Shown here one piece after another: positions 39,884 to 47,952 of a stretch of 64,000 nt of DNA. The notes under the pieces are model-generated. The model searched no databases, was not told where the DNA came from, and was given only the letters and a program-made list of their open reading frames with translations. Source of the stretch: an uncultured Acidobacteriota bacterium (GTDB lineage: Bacteria > Acidobacteriota > Thermoanaerobaculia > Multivoradales > SZUA-115); contig CAWDVR010000002.1 of assembly GCA_963805975.1 (NCBI GenBank), positions 608,001-672,000 of the forward strand, written 5' to 3'. How positions within the stretch are numbered: position 1 is the stretch's first letter; every line of letters starts with the position of its first letter. The position numbers and the translations under genes are program-made.

Positions 39884-40814
39884 CAGCTTCCCCGACGAAA
39901 CCTCCCTCAGACAGGCTCTCACTGGCGAGTCTCAGTCCTATTGGCCGGAAGTGGAAGCGCTCCTAGAGCAACGTCTTCCGCCAGTCGTCGCCATCAGAAT
40001 CCTCGCCTGCATGTTTGGCTATAGCGCTCGTTTCGTAGGGGCTCTCCAGCGCCGCCCAGAGCGCTACTACCGCACCTTCCTAGTTCACAAAGGTAAGAAG
40101 AAGCGCGAGATCCAAGCACCAAGAGTGGCACTCAAGGTCATTCAGAAGTGGTTCGCTCACCACTTGGCGCAGGCGGTAGAGCTCGACGAGTGCGTGTTCG
40201 GCTTTGTGCCCGGGCGATCTGCCCCGCATGCGGCAGCACGCCATTGTGGAGCGAACTGGGTATACGCGATCGACCTTGCCGACTTCTTTCGATCGACGCC
40301 ACGGGAGCGCGTAGAGGCTGTGTTGCGGGATCTGGGCTACCCCTCTCATGGAGCAGACCTCGCCGCTCGCCTCTGCTGCTACGGCGACTACCTGGCGCAG
40401 GGCTCGCCAGCGAGCCCAGTGCTTTCGAACCTGGTGCTGCGCCCCTTGGATGGGAGCTTGAAGCAGATCGCCATCGACGCTGGCGCCACCTATACACGGT
40501 ACGCAGACGATCTGGTCTTCTCTGGTTCGGGCGACTTCCCAGCGGGCCTCGACGAGAGAGCTCGACAGGCGGTCGCAGAGGACGGCTGGAGGCTCGCCGA
40601 GGGCAAGGAGCATCTGGCGAAGCTTCCGCAGCGCCTCAAAGTGCACGGGCTCTTGGTGCACGGCCCACGCCCGAGGCTGACCAAAGGCTATCGAAATCGC
40701 CTGCGAGCGTTCCGGCATCTCATCGAGCACAATCGCGTCAAGGAAGAAGATCTAGGGCGCTTACAGGGGCACCTTGCGTACGCGGAGTCCGTTGAAGGCT
40801 TCAAGCCCGCGTGA
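39861..40814 (+). CDS. Retron-type reverse transcriptase
   Basis: YRTF...KREIQAP..LKVIQ, FGFVPGRS, HAAARH (region X, NAxxH-like), IDLADFF, LAQGSPASPVLSN, YADD and KVHGL (VTG-like region Y). GTG 39861 was chosen because the upstream in-frame stretch is ncRNA. Confidence 0.93.
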   Translation: MKPPPFLVSFPDETSLRQALTGESQSYWPEVEALLEQRLPPVVAIRILACMFGYSARFVGALQRRPERYYRTFLVHKGKKKREIQAPRVALKVIQKWFAHHLAQAVELDECVFGFVPGRSAPHAAARHCGANWVYAIDLADFFRSTPRERVEAVLRDLGYPSHGADLAARLCCYGDYLAQGSPASPVLSNLVLRPLDGSLKQIAIDAGATYTRYADDLVFSGSGDFPAGLDERARQAVAEDGWRLAEGKEHLAKLPQRLKVHGLLVHGPRPRLTKGYRNRLRAFRHLIEHNRVKEEDLGRLQGHLAYAESVEGFKPA

Positions 40815-40910
40815 TAGGCGACGACACCCGCACTCGACCCACCAGAAGCTCAAGCCGGCAAGTTAGCGGCACTTCTCCTTGGCCAGGACTTCGCGCTCGA
40901 CTGCACGCGC

Positions 40911-41333
40911 TCACCGAACCCTCGTGTCGCTCCCCCAGTCCTCGACTCGGAGGCCAACGACACGCAGCATGTGCTCGAGATTGGCCGTCACCAGAACCGC
41001 GCCGGTGGCGAGAGCGTGGGCCGCGATGGCGGCATCGAAGTCCTCTATGACCCGGCCCTTCTTCTCCAGCTCCGCCTTGATCGCCCCGAAGCTCTCGCTC
41101 ACCCGGTCGGTCCACTCCGCGCGAGCCAGCTCGGAACGGATCGTCTCGAACCGCTCCTCCAGTGCCTGCCTCCGCTTGGACCGCGGCAACCGCGCCAGCC
41201 CGTACGCGATCTCCGCCAGCACGGGCTGAGGCAGCGCGACATCCGCCCGGCTGACCTGCTTCAGCCGGTCGAGGAATCCGGCCTCGCCCTTCATCAGTGC
41301 CGAGACTGCGTTCGTGTCCAGGAGGTATTTCAT
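40911..41333 (-). CDS. vapC: VapC PIN-domain toxin
   Basis: Motifs YLLDTN, E, FDAAIAAHAL and LVTAN. Confidence 0.92.
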   Translation of the reverse strand: MKYLLDTNAVSALMKGEAGFLDRLKQVSRADVALPQPVLAEIAYGLARLPRSKRRQALEERFETIRSELARAEWTDRVSESFGAIKAELEKKGRVIEDFDAAIAAHALATGAVLVTANLEHMLRVVGLRVEDWGSDTRVR

Positions 41334-41578
41334 AGCAGTCTTGGCGGCTTCGACCGGCGCCCGGCAGCGATCGCCGCCAGCAGCTCGTCGGCCGCCTGGC
41401 CGATCTCCGCGTTCGTCGCGCTCAGCCGCTCGAAGAAACCGGGAGACCAGTCCCCACCGCCGGCCAGCTCTCGCTCCAGAGCACGGACGATGAGGCGGTT
41501 TCTGCTCACTCCGAGGTTACGGGCCCTGCGGTCCGCGGCGTCGAGCAAAGGCCGGGGAATGTGGACGCTGGTCGACAT
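41330..41578 (-). CDS. VapB-like RHH antitoxin
   Basis: MSTSVHIPRPLL..ADRRA...GVSRN.LI..AL; ATGA overlap with vapC. Confidence 0.82.
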   Translation of the reverse strand: MSTSVHIPRPLLDAADRRARNLGVSRNRLIVRALERELAGGGDWSPGFFERLSATNAEIGQAADELLAAIAAGRRSKPPRLL

Positions 41579-41580
41579 GC

Positions 41581-41603
41581 CGCAAATATACTCGCAAACA
41601 TAC
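41581..41603. promoter_or_regulatory. Putative autoregulatory operator of the vapBC operon
   Basis: Direct repeat CGCAAA(T/C)ATAC x2 immediately upstream of the antitoxin ATG. Confidence 0.5.
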
Positions 41604-41685
41604 CAAGAGCGGCAACTCTGAGCCTTGCCGAGCGCCTGTGGCAACCGGGCCAAGCCGCTCCGCGGGCCGGTGCTACCATCCGGTC

Positions 41686-42111
41686 ATGGGCGAGCCGCCG
41701 CGCGGCGCCGGGCCGGACGACCGCACTCTGCTCTTCGACGGCGTCTGCAACCTGTGCAGCGGCTGGGCGCTGTTCGTGATCCGGCGCGACCGCCGCGGGC
41801 TGTTCCGCCTAGCCGCCATCCAGTCCGACGCCGGCAGCGCCATCCTGCGCTGGGCCGGCCTGTCGGAGACGGACCTCGACACCATGGTGCTGGTGGACCG
41901 GGGGCGCGTCTTCACCCGCTCGGATGCCTTTCTCAATGCCGTTCGCTACTTTCCCTGGCCCTGGCCCTGGTTGGCGGCCGGCCTCGTCGTGCCCCGGCGC
42001 CTGCGCAACTGGCTCTACGACCGGGTGGCAAGAAACCGCTACTCCCTTTTCGGCCGCCAGGAGACCTGCATGCTGCCGACCCCGGAGATGCGCGGCCGCT
42101 TTCTCTCCTGA
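41686..42111 (+). CDS. DCC family thiol-disulfide oxidoreductase (DUF393)
   Basis: FDGVCNLC and YDRVARNRY.LFG..TC. Confidence 0.9.
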   Translation: MGEPPRGAGPDDRTLLFDGVCNLCSGWALFVIRRDRRGLFRLAAIQSDAGSAILRWAGLSETDLDTMVLVDRGRVFTRSDAFLNAVRYFPWPWPWLAAGLVVPRRLRNWLYDRVARNRYSLFGRQETCMLPTPEMRGRFLS

Positions 42112-42207
42112 GCCCTGGCGCTCCTGGTGAGATTCCAGGCGCCCTCGCGACAGTAGCTCGGTCGAGGGAAATCGCTCCCTCGAGCAACCGAGAAGAGGAG
42201 AGATGCC

Positions 42208-43317
42208 ATGCTGAGACCCGGCGCCACTTCCCTGCGTCCCAAGCGTCTGCTCGCCGCGAGCTTGCTGGTGCTCGCCACGGCCATCCTGGCCAGCCCGCCC
42301 GCGACGGCAGCGGAGCGGGCGACCACCACGTTCGACGCCACGCAGGCCCAGGACCCGCAGTTCTCCGCCACCGCGCCCGAAGCGTTCTGGACGCAGCAGC
42401 GAGTCAAGGCGGCCAAGCCCCTGCCGTTCTACGACGACGATTCCGACCTCGCCAAGGGCAAGGGCCCCGAGGTGCCGCCCGTCGTGGGGCCGTCGGGCCT
42501 CACCGCCGGCGGTCGTCCCCGGCTCAAGCCTCCGACCCCGTCGGCGGTGAGCTCCGGCGAGGCGAGCCCCTCACCGGCCGAGGCGGCACTCCTCGGCACG
42601 CAGAACGTCGGCGACAACACCTTCCTCAACCGGAACACGACCCTCTGGTTCAGCTACCCCTGGGTGACCATCGGCAAGGTGTTCTTCACCACGGTGAGCG
42701 GCTCGGACACCTACTGCTCGGCGTCGGTGATCAGCGGCAACAGCATCATCGTGACCGCCGCCCACTGCTGCTGGGATCGCGGCGCGGGCCAGCCCAACCG
42801 CAACTTCACCTTCGCTCCGGCAGTGCGCGAGGCTACCGCTCCATTCGGCATGTTCGGCTTTCGGCAGGGCCGGGTCCTGGCGGCCTGGACGACCGGCGGT
42901 GGCCGCGCCAACGACGTCTGCGTGCTCAGCCTCAACCCGCGCGGGGACGGCCAGGCGGTGAGCAACGTAGTGGGCTGGCTGGGGCGCTCGTGGAACCAGG
43001 ACCCCACCCAGCACCACTTCGCCTTCGGCTACCCGGGCGCCATCGCCGAGGGGCAGTACAAGTACGAGTGCTCCGCCGAGAGCTATGCCAACTGCGGGGA
43101 CGGCCAGGTTCTGGGGATGGGCTGCAACATGACGGGCGGCAGCAGTGGCGGGCCGTGGGTGCGGATGTTCAAGAAGTTCGAGTCCGGCTCGGTGAACGCC
43201 GTCAACGGGGTGGTGAGCGGCTACGACGAGTGCACGGGCACCGTCGGCCAGTCCTTCAACAGCCCGCGGTTCACCAGCAACAACATCGTGCCGCTCTGCA
43301 CCGCCGAGGGCTGCTAG
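42208..43317 (+). CDS. Secreted trypsin-like (V8-type) serine protease
   Basis: Signal peptide; motifs CSASV, TAAHC, GYP and GGSSGGP. Confidence 0.9.
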   Translation: MLRPGATSLRPKRLLAASLLVLATAILASPPATAAERATTTFDATQAQDPQFSATAPEAFWTQQRVKAAKPLPFYDDDSDLAKGKGPEVPPVVGPSGLTAGGRPRLKPPTPSAVSSGEASPSPAEAALLGTQNVGDNTFLNRNTTLWFSYPWVTIGKVFFTTVSGSDTYCSASVISGNSIIVTAAHCCWDRGAGQPNRNFTFAPAVREATAPFGMFGFRQGRVLAAWTTGGGRANDVCVLSLNPRGDGQAVSNVVGWLGRSWNQDPTQHHFAFGYPGAIAEGQYKYECSAESYANCGDGQVLGMGCNMTGGSSGGPWVRMFKKFESGSVNAVNGVVSGYDECTGTVGQSFNSPRFTSNNIVPLCTAEGC

Positions 43318-43376
43318 AGCGCCGGCTTCGATCGTTCGGCAGCGCGGGCTCCAGCGCGGGCCCGCGCCCGCCGCGG

Positions 43377-44612
43377 TCAGAGCAGCAGCCAGGCGAGCCC
43401 GACGACTGCGGCGAGCGCGTAGCCGACCCCCACCCGGAGCAGCATGCCGCGGCTGCCGAGCACGGCGACCATGCCGGCCTTGAAGGCCAGGTTGGCGAGC
43501 GTCGCCAGCACCACCAGCCGGGCGCCCACCGCCGCCTCCAGCCGGCCCGCGGAAACCAGGTTCGCGGTCGAGAGCGTGATCGCGTCCACGTCCGTGAGCC
43601 CGGAAACGGCCGCCACCGCGTAGAGCCCTGCCTCGCCCAGGTGTCGGCGGGCCGCCTCGACCGCCACCAGGATCACGGCGTAGAGGAAAGCGAAGATCAG
43701 CGCCGGCTTGAGCTCCGAGGGATTCCCCGCCTCCGGCACCTTGGCCTCGGCCGCCGAGTGCTGGCGCCAGAGCACCAGTGAATAGACCGCGAAGGTGACG
43801 AGGAGCAGGCCCAGGGGCAGGGCGACGGCGGCGAGAAAGGCCGGCGCCACCACGCCGATCTCGACCAGCACGCGCACACAGGCCACTCCGGAAGCGAGGA
43901 TCACCACCAGCGCCGCGAGGCCGCTCGCCGGGGGTGAGGCCTCCGCCCGCCGGGAGTACGAGACCGTGGTCGCCGTGCTCGAGATGGCGCCACCGAGAAC
44001 GCCGGCGAGGAGGGTGCCAACGCGGTCTCCCAGCGCCTTGTAGGCCAGGTAGCCGACCAACCCGAGGCCGACGATCAGCACCACCATGAGCCAGATCTCG
44101 CGCGGGTTGAGCACCTGGTAGGGCCCGAAGGTGCGGTCCGGCAGCACCGGCAGGATCACCAGCGTGATGAGCGCGAACTGCATGATGGCGCGGAAATCGG
44201 CGTCGGCGATCCTCGTGGAGAAGTCGTGGAGCTGCGGCTTCAGGTGCAGCAACACCGCCACCACGCTGCCCACCACGATCGCCACCGGGGCCGGGCCCAC
44301 CACCACGAAGGCGCCGACGCCGAACATCAGGAGCATCGCCACCTCGGTGGTGAGGCCGGGGTCTGCCTTGCCTCCCTCGAGCTTGGCGAGGTTGCCGACC
44401 ACCATCAGCCCGGCGAGGCTGACCAGACCGGCAGCCACCACCCAGCCGCCGAAGGGTTCCGCGAGGTACGCGGTGAGCGTGCCGGAAAGCGTCACCAGCG
44501 CGAACGTACGCACCCCGGCGAGGCGCGACTCCGACCGCTCGCGCTGCAAGCCCACCAGCAACCCCAACCCGAGCGCGATACCGAAGTGGAGAAATATGTC
44601 GGGGAGAGTCAT
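43377..44612 (-). CDS. MgtC/SapB family protein with DUF4010
   Basis: Motifs GLQRE, AGVRTF, GLTTE, SSTATT and GLTDVDAI. Confidence 0.9.
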   Translation of the reverse strand: MTLPDIFLHFGIALGLGLLVGLQRERSESRLAGVRTFALVTLSGTLTAYLAEPFGGWVVAAGLVSLAGLMVVGNLAKLEGGKADPGLTTEVAMLLMFGVGAFVVVGPAPVAIVVGSVVAVLLHLKPQLHDFSTRIADADFRAIMQFALITLVILPVLPDRTFGPYQVLNPREIWLMVVLIVGLGLVGYLAYKALGDRVGTLLAGVLGGAISSTATTVSYSRRAEASPPASGLAALVVILASGVACVRVLVEIGVVAPAFLAAVALPLGLLLVTFAVYSLVLWRQHSAAEAKVPEAGNPSELKPALIFAFLYAVILVAVEAARRHLGEAGLYAVAAVSGLTDVDAITLSTANLVSAGRLEAAVGARLVVLATLANLAFKAGMVAVLGSRGMLLRVGVGYALAAVVGLAWLLL

Positions 44613-44653
44613 GGGGAGACCGGAGGTGGTGAAGGGGCAGTACGACTCGGACG

Positions 44654-44947
44654 CTAGCGGCGGCCCGCTCGCGCCGGTTTCGAGGTCGAGGCTCCGCGCG
44701 GGAGGGGGGATCGAGGTGGCGAGTGATGATCCGCATAGGAGTCCAGAAGCCGACGGATCATCCGCTGATATTGCGTCCGATGTGTGGCTGCCTCGCGCTT
44801 GAAGAACTCCACGCTCTTCCTGCTGAGCGAGATGGTGACCTTGACGCCTTCCTCCTGGAAGGCAAGCTCCTCGGGCGGCGGCAGGAAATCCGCGACCACC
44901 TCCAACCTCCCCAACGGCTCATTCGTGTACTTGATTGGTCTGCTCAT
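44654..44947 (-). CDS. CopG/BrnA-type antitoxin
   Basis: DFLPPPEEL..KVTISLS..SVEFFK..A...YQRMIRRLLD.Y. Confidence 0.8.
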   Translation of the reverse strand: MSRPIKYTNEPLGRLEVVADFLPPPEELAFQEEGVKVTISLSRKSVEFFKREAATHRTQYQRMIRRLLDSYADHHSPPRSPLPRGASTSKPARAGRR

Positions 44948-44981
44948 AGTAGAGCCTCTTCCCCCTTCGCCAGTAGCCGGC
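44919..44981 (-). pseudogene. C-terminal remnant of a BrnT-type toxin
   Basis: AGYWRRGKRLYYEQTNQVHE* overlaps the antitoxin start; the upstream part is missing. Confidence 0.55.
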
Positions 44982-45037
44982 AAGCGCCCGGCGCTCGCGT
45001 TCTAGGGCCAATACCGTTCACTGAAGCCTCTTGGCTC

Positions 45038-45110
45038 GTCATCCCCGCGAAAGCGGGGATCCATCTTGGTCTCGTCGCCCGCCCTGGATCCCCGCTTTCG
45101 CGGGGATGAC
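45038..45110. repeat. REP-like inverted pair (variant GTCATCCCCGCGAAAGCGGGGATCCA)
   Basis: 45038-45063 and 45085-45110 are exact reverse complements. Confidence 0.9.
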
Positions 45111-45165
45111 GACAGGAAAAAAAGAGCTCGATTGGAAGACAGTCGCTAAGTGAACAGTATTGGTT

Positions 45166-45978
45166 CTAGGGCTTCTCAGCGGTCGCCGCCGGCTTGAAGA
45201 CCTCGTTCAGCACCCCCGCCAGCCGCACTCCCGCCTGCTGCAGGCGGCGCTCGAGAATCGGCAGCACCTTGAAGGTGTAGGGGTAGCCCAGCCGGGCGTT
45301 ACCGATGTCGTAGACCTGCGGGCGCAGCGCGATCGACTCGCGGAGCCAGTCGGCGATCGTGGCCTTCTGCCACTCGGCGACCTGGGCGGACGGCACTTTT
45401 CGCAGAACCTCGGCGTACTCGGAGAACGACAGGCGGCTGTCGTTGATGATCTCCGAGTCCCACACCGAGTGCAGGTTCGAGATCTTGTCCCCCTGCCAGG
45501 TGACGATGATCTCGTTGCCGCCGCGGTCGGCCCGGCGGCCGATATGGAGCGGCTGGTGAATGTCTCCCACCAGGTGCACTAGCCACTTGAGCGCCGCCGC
45601 CCTGTCCGCCGGGCTGGCGCCGGCGTTGCGAAGAGTGGCGATCGAGGTCTCGAGCGTCAGGAGGGCGTCCCCTTTCGGGTCACGGGCCGTGGTTTCGAGC
45701 GCTTCGCCGTCGTCGATCGAGAAGAAGTGCCAGCGCCACTGGTCGCCCTTCTCCCAGGCCGGGTCGCTGCGCATGTCGTCGGCCCACACGGCGACCCTGG
45801 CGAGCGTCTCGACCCCGAGCAGAGCCTCGACCGCGGCCGTGGCCTCGTCCGACAGGTGGTACTCGGCGATGCGGCCCACGATGCGGTGGCCGGTCGGCCC
45901 CCAGGCCCGGGCGGCGCCCGGCGCCAAGACGGCCCAGGCAGCGGCGGCGAGCAGCAGAAAACGCCTTGTGGTGATCAT
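45166..45978 (-). CDS. S1/P1 nuclease
   Basis: Motifs WGPTGHR, WAD, HLVGDIHQPLH and NLHSVWD. Confidence 0.93.
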   Translation of the reverse strand: MITTRRFLLLAAAAWAVLAPGAARAWGPTGHRIVGRIAEYHLSDEATAAVEALLGVETLARVAVWADDMRSDPAWEKGDQWRWHFFSIDDGEALETTARDPKGDALLTLETSIATLRNAGASPADRAAALKWLVHLVGDIHQPLHIGRRADRGGNEIIVTWQGDKISNLHSVWDSEIINDSRLSFSEYAEVLRKVPSAQVAEWQKATIADWLRESIALRPQVYDIGNARLGYPYTFKVLPILERRLQQAGVRLAGVLNEVFKPAATAEKP

Positions 45979-45985
45979 CGCCAGA

Positions 45986-46465
45986 TCATCGCATAGCCCG
46001 GATAAACGCGGCCGTGGCGGCGAGGGCCGTGAGCGTCCGTACGTGGTTCCAGGCCGTCCAGGTGGACAGGTAGCCGGCCCACAGCCGGCCGGCCTCCAAG
46101 CTCACCGGGTCGACGGCCGCGAGCGCGTTGTTGCGCGGCACGTTGCAGACCATCGTCACCAGGATGACCCCGACGAGGTAGAGCAGGCTGCCGGCCAGCC
46201 GGTAGCCCGAGCCCGGCGTGTCCCACCGCCAGAGCGAGTGCGCGGCCAGGAACGCGCAGGCCACCGCCGTACCGAGGAACACCAGCAGGAAGACCGGGTT
46301 GACGATGACGACGTTGATGGACTGCATGGCGGCGATGCCCTGCGCCGAGGGCAGGCGCCCCAGGGCGCTCATCACCGATACCGAGAAGGCGAAGAACAGC
46401 CCGGCCATCAGTCCGCTGCCCAGAGCCGAGCCGAAGGTCAGGCTGAAGAGCAGGTTGTCGAGCAT
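45986..46465 (-). CDS. DUF1772 (anthrone oxygenase family) membrane protein
   Basis: Motifs GLFFAFS, AMQSIN, NVPRN and WTAWNHVR. Confidence 0.88.
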   Translation of the reverse strand: MLDNLLFSLTFGSALGSGLMAGLFFAFSVSVMSALGRLPSAQGIAAMQSINVVIVNPVFLLVFLGTAVACAFLAAHSLWRWDTPGSGYRLAGSLLYLVGVILVTMVCNVPRNNALAAVDPVSLEAGRLWAGYLSTWTAWNHVRTLTALAATAAFIRAMR

Positions 46466-46570
46466 CTGCCACCTCCTGCCGCCGGGTAGGCATCCGGGAG
46501 CTCGCTGCCGAAGCGACCGATTCGACGATATCAGTCAGGACATCCATGTCAGGTCCGGCCTCATGAACTA

Positions 46571-46627
46571 GCAACTCAACGGTTGCATTTCTGGGAAGGT
46601 TCCCCTAAGATGCAACCAGGAGGTTGC
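46571..46627. promoter_or_regulatory. Tandem palindromic operators, likely for the ArsR regulator
   Basis: GCAAC-N6-GTTGC at 46571-46586 and 46612-46627; the second overlaps the RBS. Confidence 0.7.
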
Positions 46628-46629
46628 TC

Positions 46630-47094
46630 ATGAACGAGACCAGCACGGATCGCATCGAGAAAGAAGTGTTCCTGAAAGCGCCCATCGCGAGGGTCTGGCG
46701 CGCGCTGACCGACGCTGCCGAGTTCGGCCAGTGGTTCGGCGCCGACATGAAGGGCCCTTTCGCGGCCGGTGCGCACGTCCGGGGGAGGGTGACGCAGCCG
46801 GGCTACGAGCACATGACGATGGACATCACGATCGAGCGGATGGAGCCGGAGCGGGTGTTTTCATGGCGCTGGCACCCCGGTGCCGCCGAGCCGGGCGAGG
46901 ACTTCTCGCACGAGCCGACCACGCTCGTGGTGTTCGAGCTGACGGAGGTCGCCGGTGGAACGCGGCTCAAGGTCGTCGAAACGGGCTTCGACCAGCTCCC
47001 TCTCGACCGCCGCGCGAGCGCCCTGCGCGACAACACGGGCGGCTGGATCGAGCAGCTCCAGAACATCGCGAAGTATGTCGGCGAGCAGCACTGA
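46630..47094 (+). CDS. SRPBCC (Aha1-like) domain protein
   Basis: APIARVWRALTD, FSWRWHP, TLVVFEL, VETGF and GGW. Confidence 0.88.
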   Translation: MNETSTDRIEKEVFLKAPIARVWRALTDAAEFGQWFGADMKGPFAAGAHVRGRVTQPGYEHMTMDITIERMEPERVFSWRWHPGAAEPGEDFSHEPTTLVVFELTEVAGGTRLKVVETGFDQLPLDRRASALRDNTGGWIEQLQNIAKYVGEQH

Positions 47095-47431
47095 CCCCCG
47101 CGCGAAGGCGGTGGTGCCCACGGGGGCGGCTCCGGTCTTCGCCGCCCTGGGGGACCCGACGCGGCTTCGTCTGGTTGCCCGCCTCGGCGCCGAGGGGCCG
47201 CTGTCCATCGCCCGGCTCACCGCCGGCACCGCGGTGAGCCGGCAGGCGGTCACCAAGCACCTGCGCGTGCTGGCGGGCGCGGACCTCGCCCGAGCGGTGC
47301 GCCAGGGGCGCGAACAGATCTGGGAGCTGCTGCCCGAGCCGCTCTCCGAGGCGCGCCGCTCACTCGACCTCATCTCGCGTCGTTGGGACGAAGCGCTCGC
47401 GCGCCTCAAAGCTGCGGTGGAAGAAGAGTGA
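47075..47431 (+). CDS. ArsR/SmtB family transcriptional regulator
   Basis: FAALGDPTRL, SRQAVTKHLRVL and GRE. Confidence 0.9.
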   Translation: MSASSTDPRAKAVVPTGAAPVFAALGDPTRLRLVARLGAEGPLSIARLTAGTAVSRQAVTKHLRVLAGADLARAVRQGREQIWELLPEPLSEARRSLDLISRRWDEALARLKAAVEEE

Positions 47432-47445
47432 CCGGCCGCGGCCAG

Positions 47446-47880
47446 TCAGCGCGGCGTGGCCGGCCGCGCTCTGGCCGCACGCCATTCGTCGATCGAAAAC
47501 CGTCCGGCGCCGAGAAGCAACAGGCAGAGCGCGCCGGCCAGCATGGCGGCGGGGTCCAGCGCCTCGCGGAAGGGCATCGCCGGGTGCACCATGACGAGGG
47601 CGACCACGAAGTTCACCACCATGGCGAGCGCCGCCCAGCGTACGAACGCACCGGCCAGGAACAGCACACCGGAGAGGAACTGCGCCGCCACCGACACCAC
47701 GGCCGACGCGAGGGGGAATGGAAACCCGTGCTGGTGCAGGAAGCCCGCGAACTCCTCCATGCGCGCCCAACTGAAGACGTTGTCCTGGGACATGTGGACC
47801 AGAAACGTCCCCGCGAAGAGGCGCAGGAAGAGCGGTGCGAGGTCACGCCGTTCGTCCAGCCAGGCCCACAGTGCGTTCAT
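47446..47880 (-). CDS. DoxX family membrane protein
   Basis: LRLFAG, four TM helices and GAGRFSID. Confidence 0.85.
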   Translation of the reverse strand: MNALWAWLDERRDLAPLFLRLFAGTFLVHMSQDNVFSWARMEEFAGFLHQHGFPFPLASAVVSVAAQFLSGVLFLAGAFVRWAALAMVVNFVVALVMVHPAMPFREALDPAAMLAGALCLLLLGAGRFSIDEWRAARARPATPR

Positions 47881-47952
47881 CGGTCCGGTTCCTCGTGAAT
47901 CCCAAACTGGCCAGTGAGTAGGCGTCTCGCGGCGCCGGGCTCGCCCCCGGCC

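Larger units (their letters stand above)
37930..41620. other. Small defence island (TA relic + retron + VapBC); boundaries approximate
   Basis: Visibly more A/T at codon third positions than the flanks; defence and TA genes only; no integrase or transposase seen. Confidence 0.65.

Noticed and set aside
39861-40814. RT as a group II intron, DGR or CRISPR-associated RT
   Set aside because: There is no maturase/X or HNH domain, no TR/VR repeat pair or avd, and no cas1 or array. Retron motifs and msr-msd structure are present instead.
40815-40910. Possible integron attC site after the RT (gttagcg)
   Set aside because: It does not fit GTTRRRY with a matching RYYYAAC, and no intI is present.
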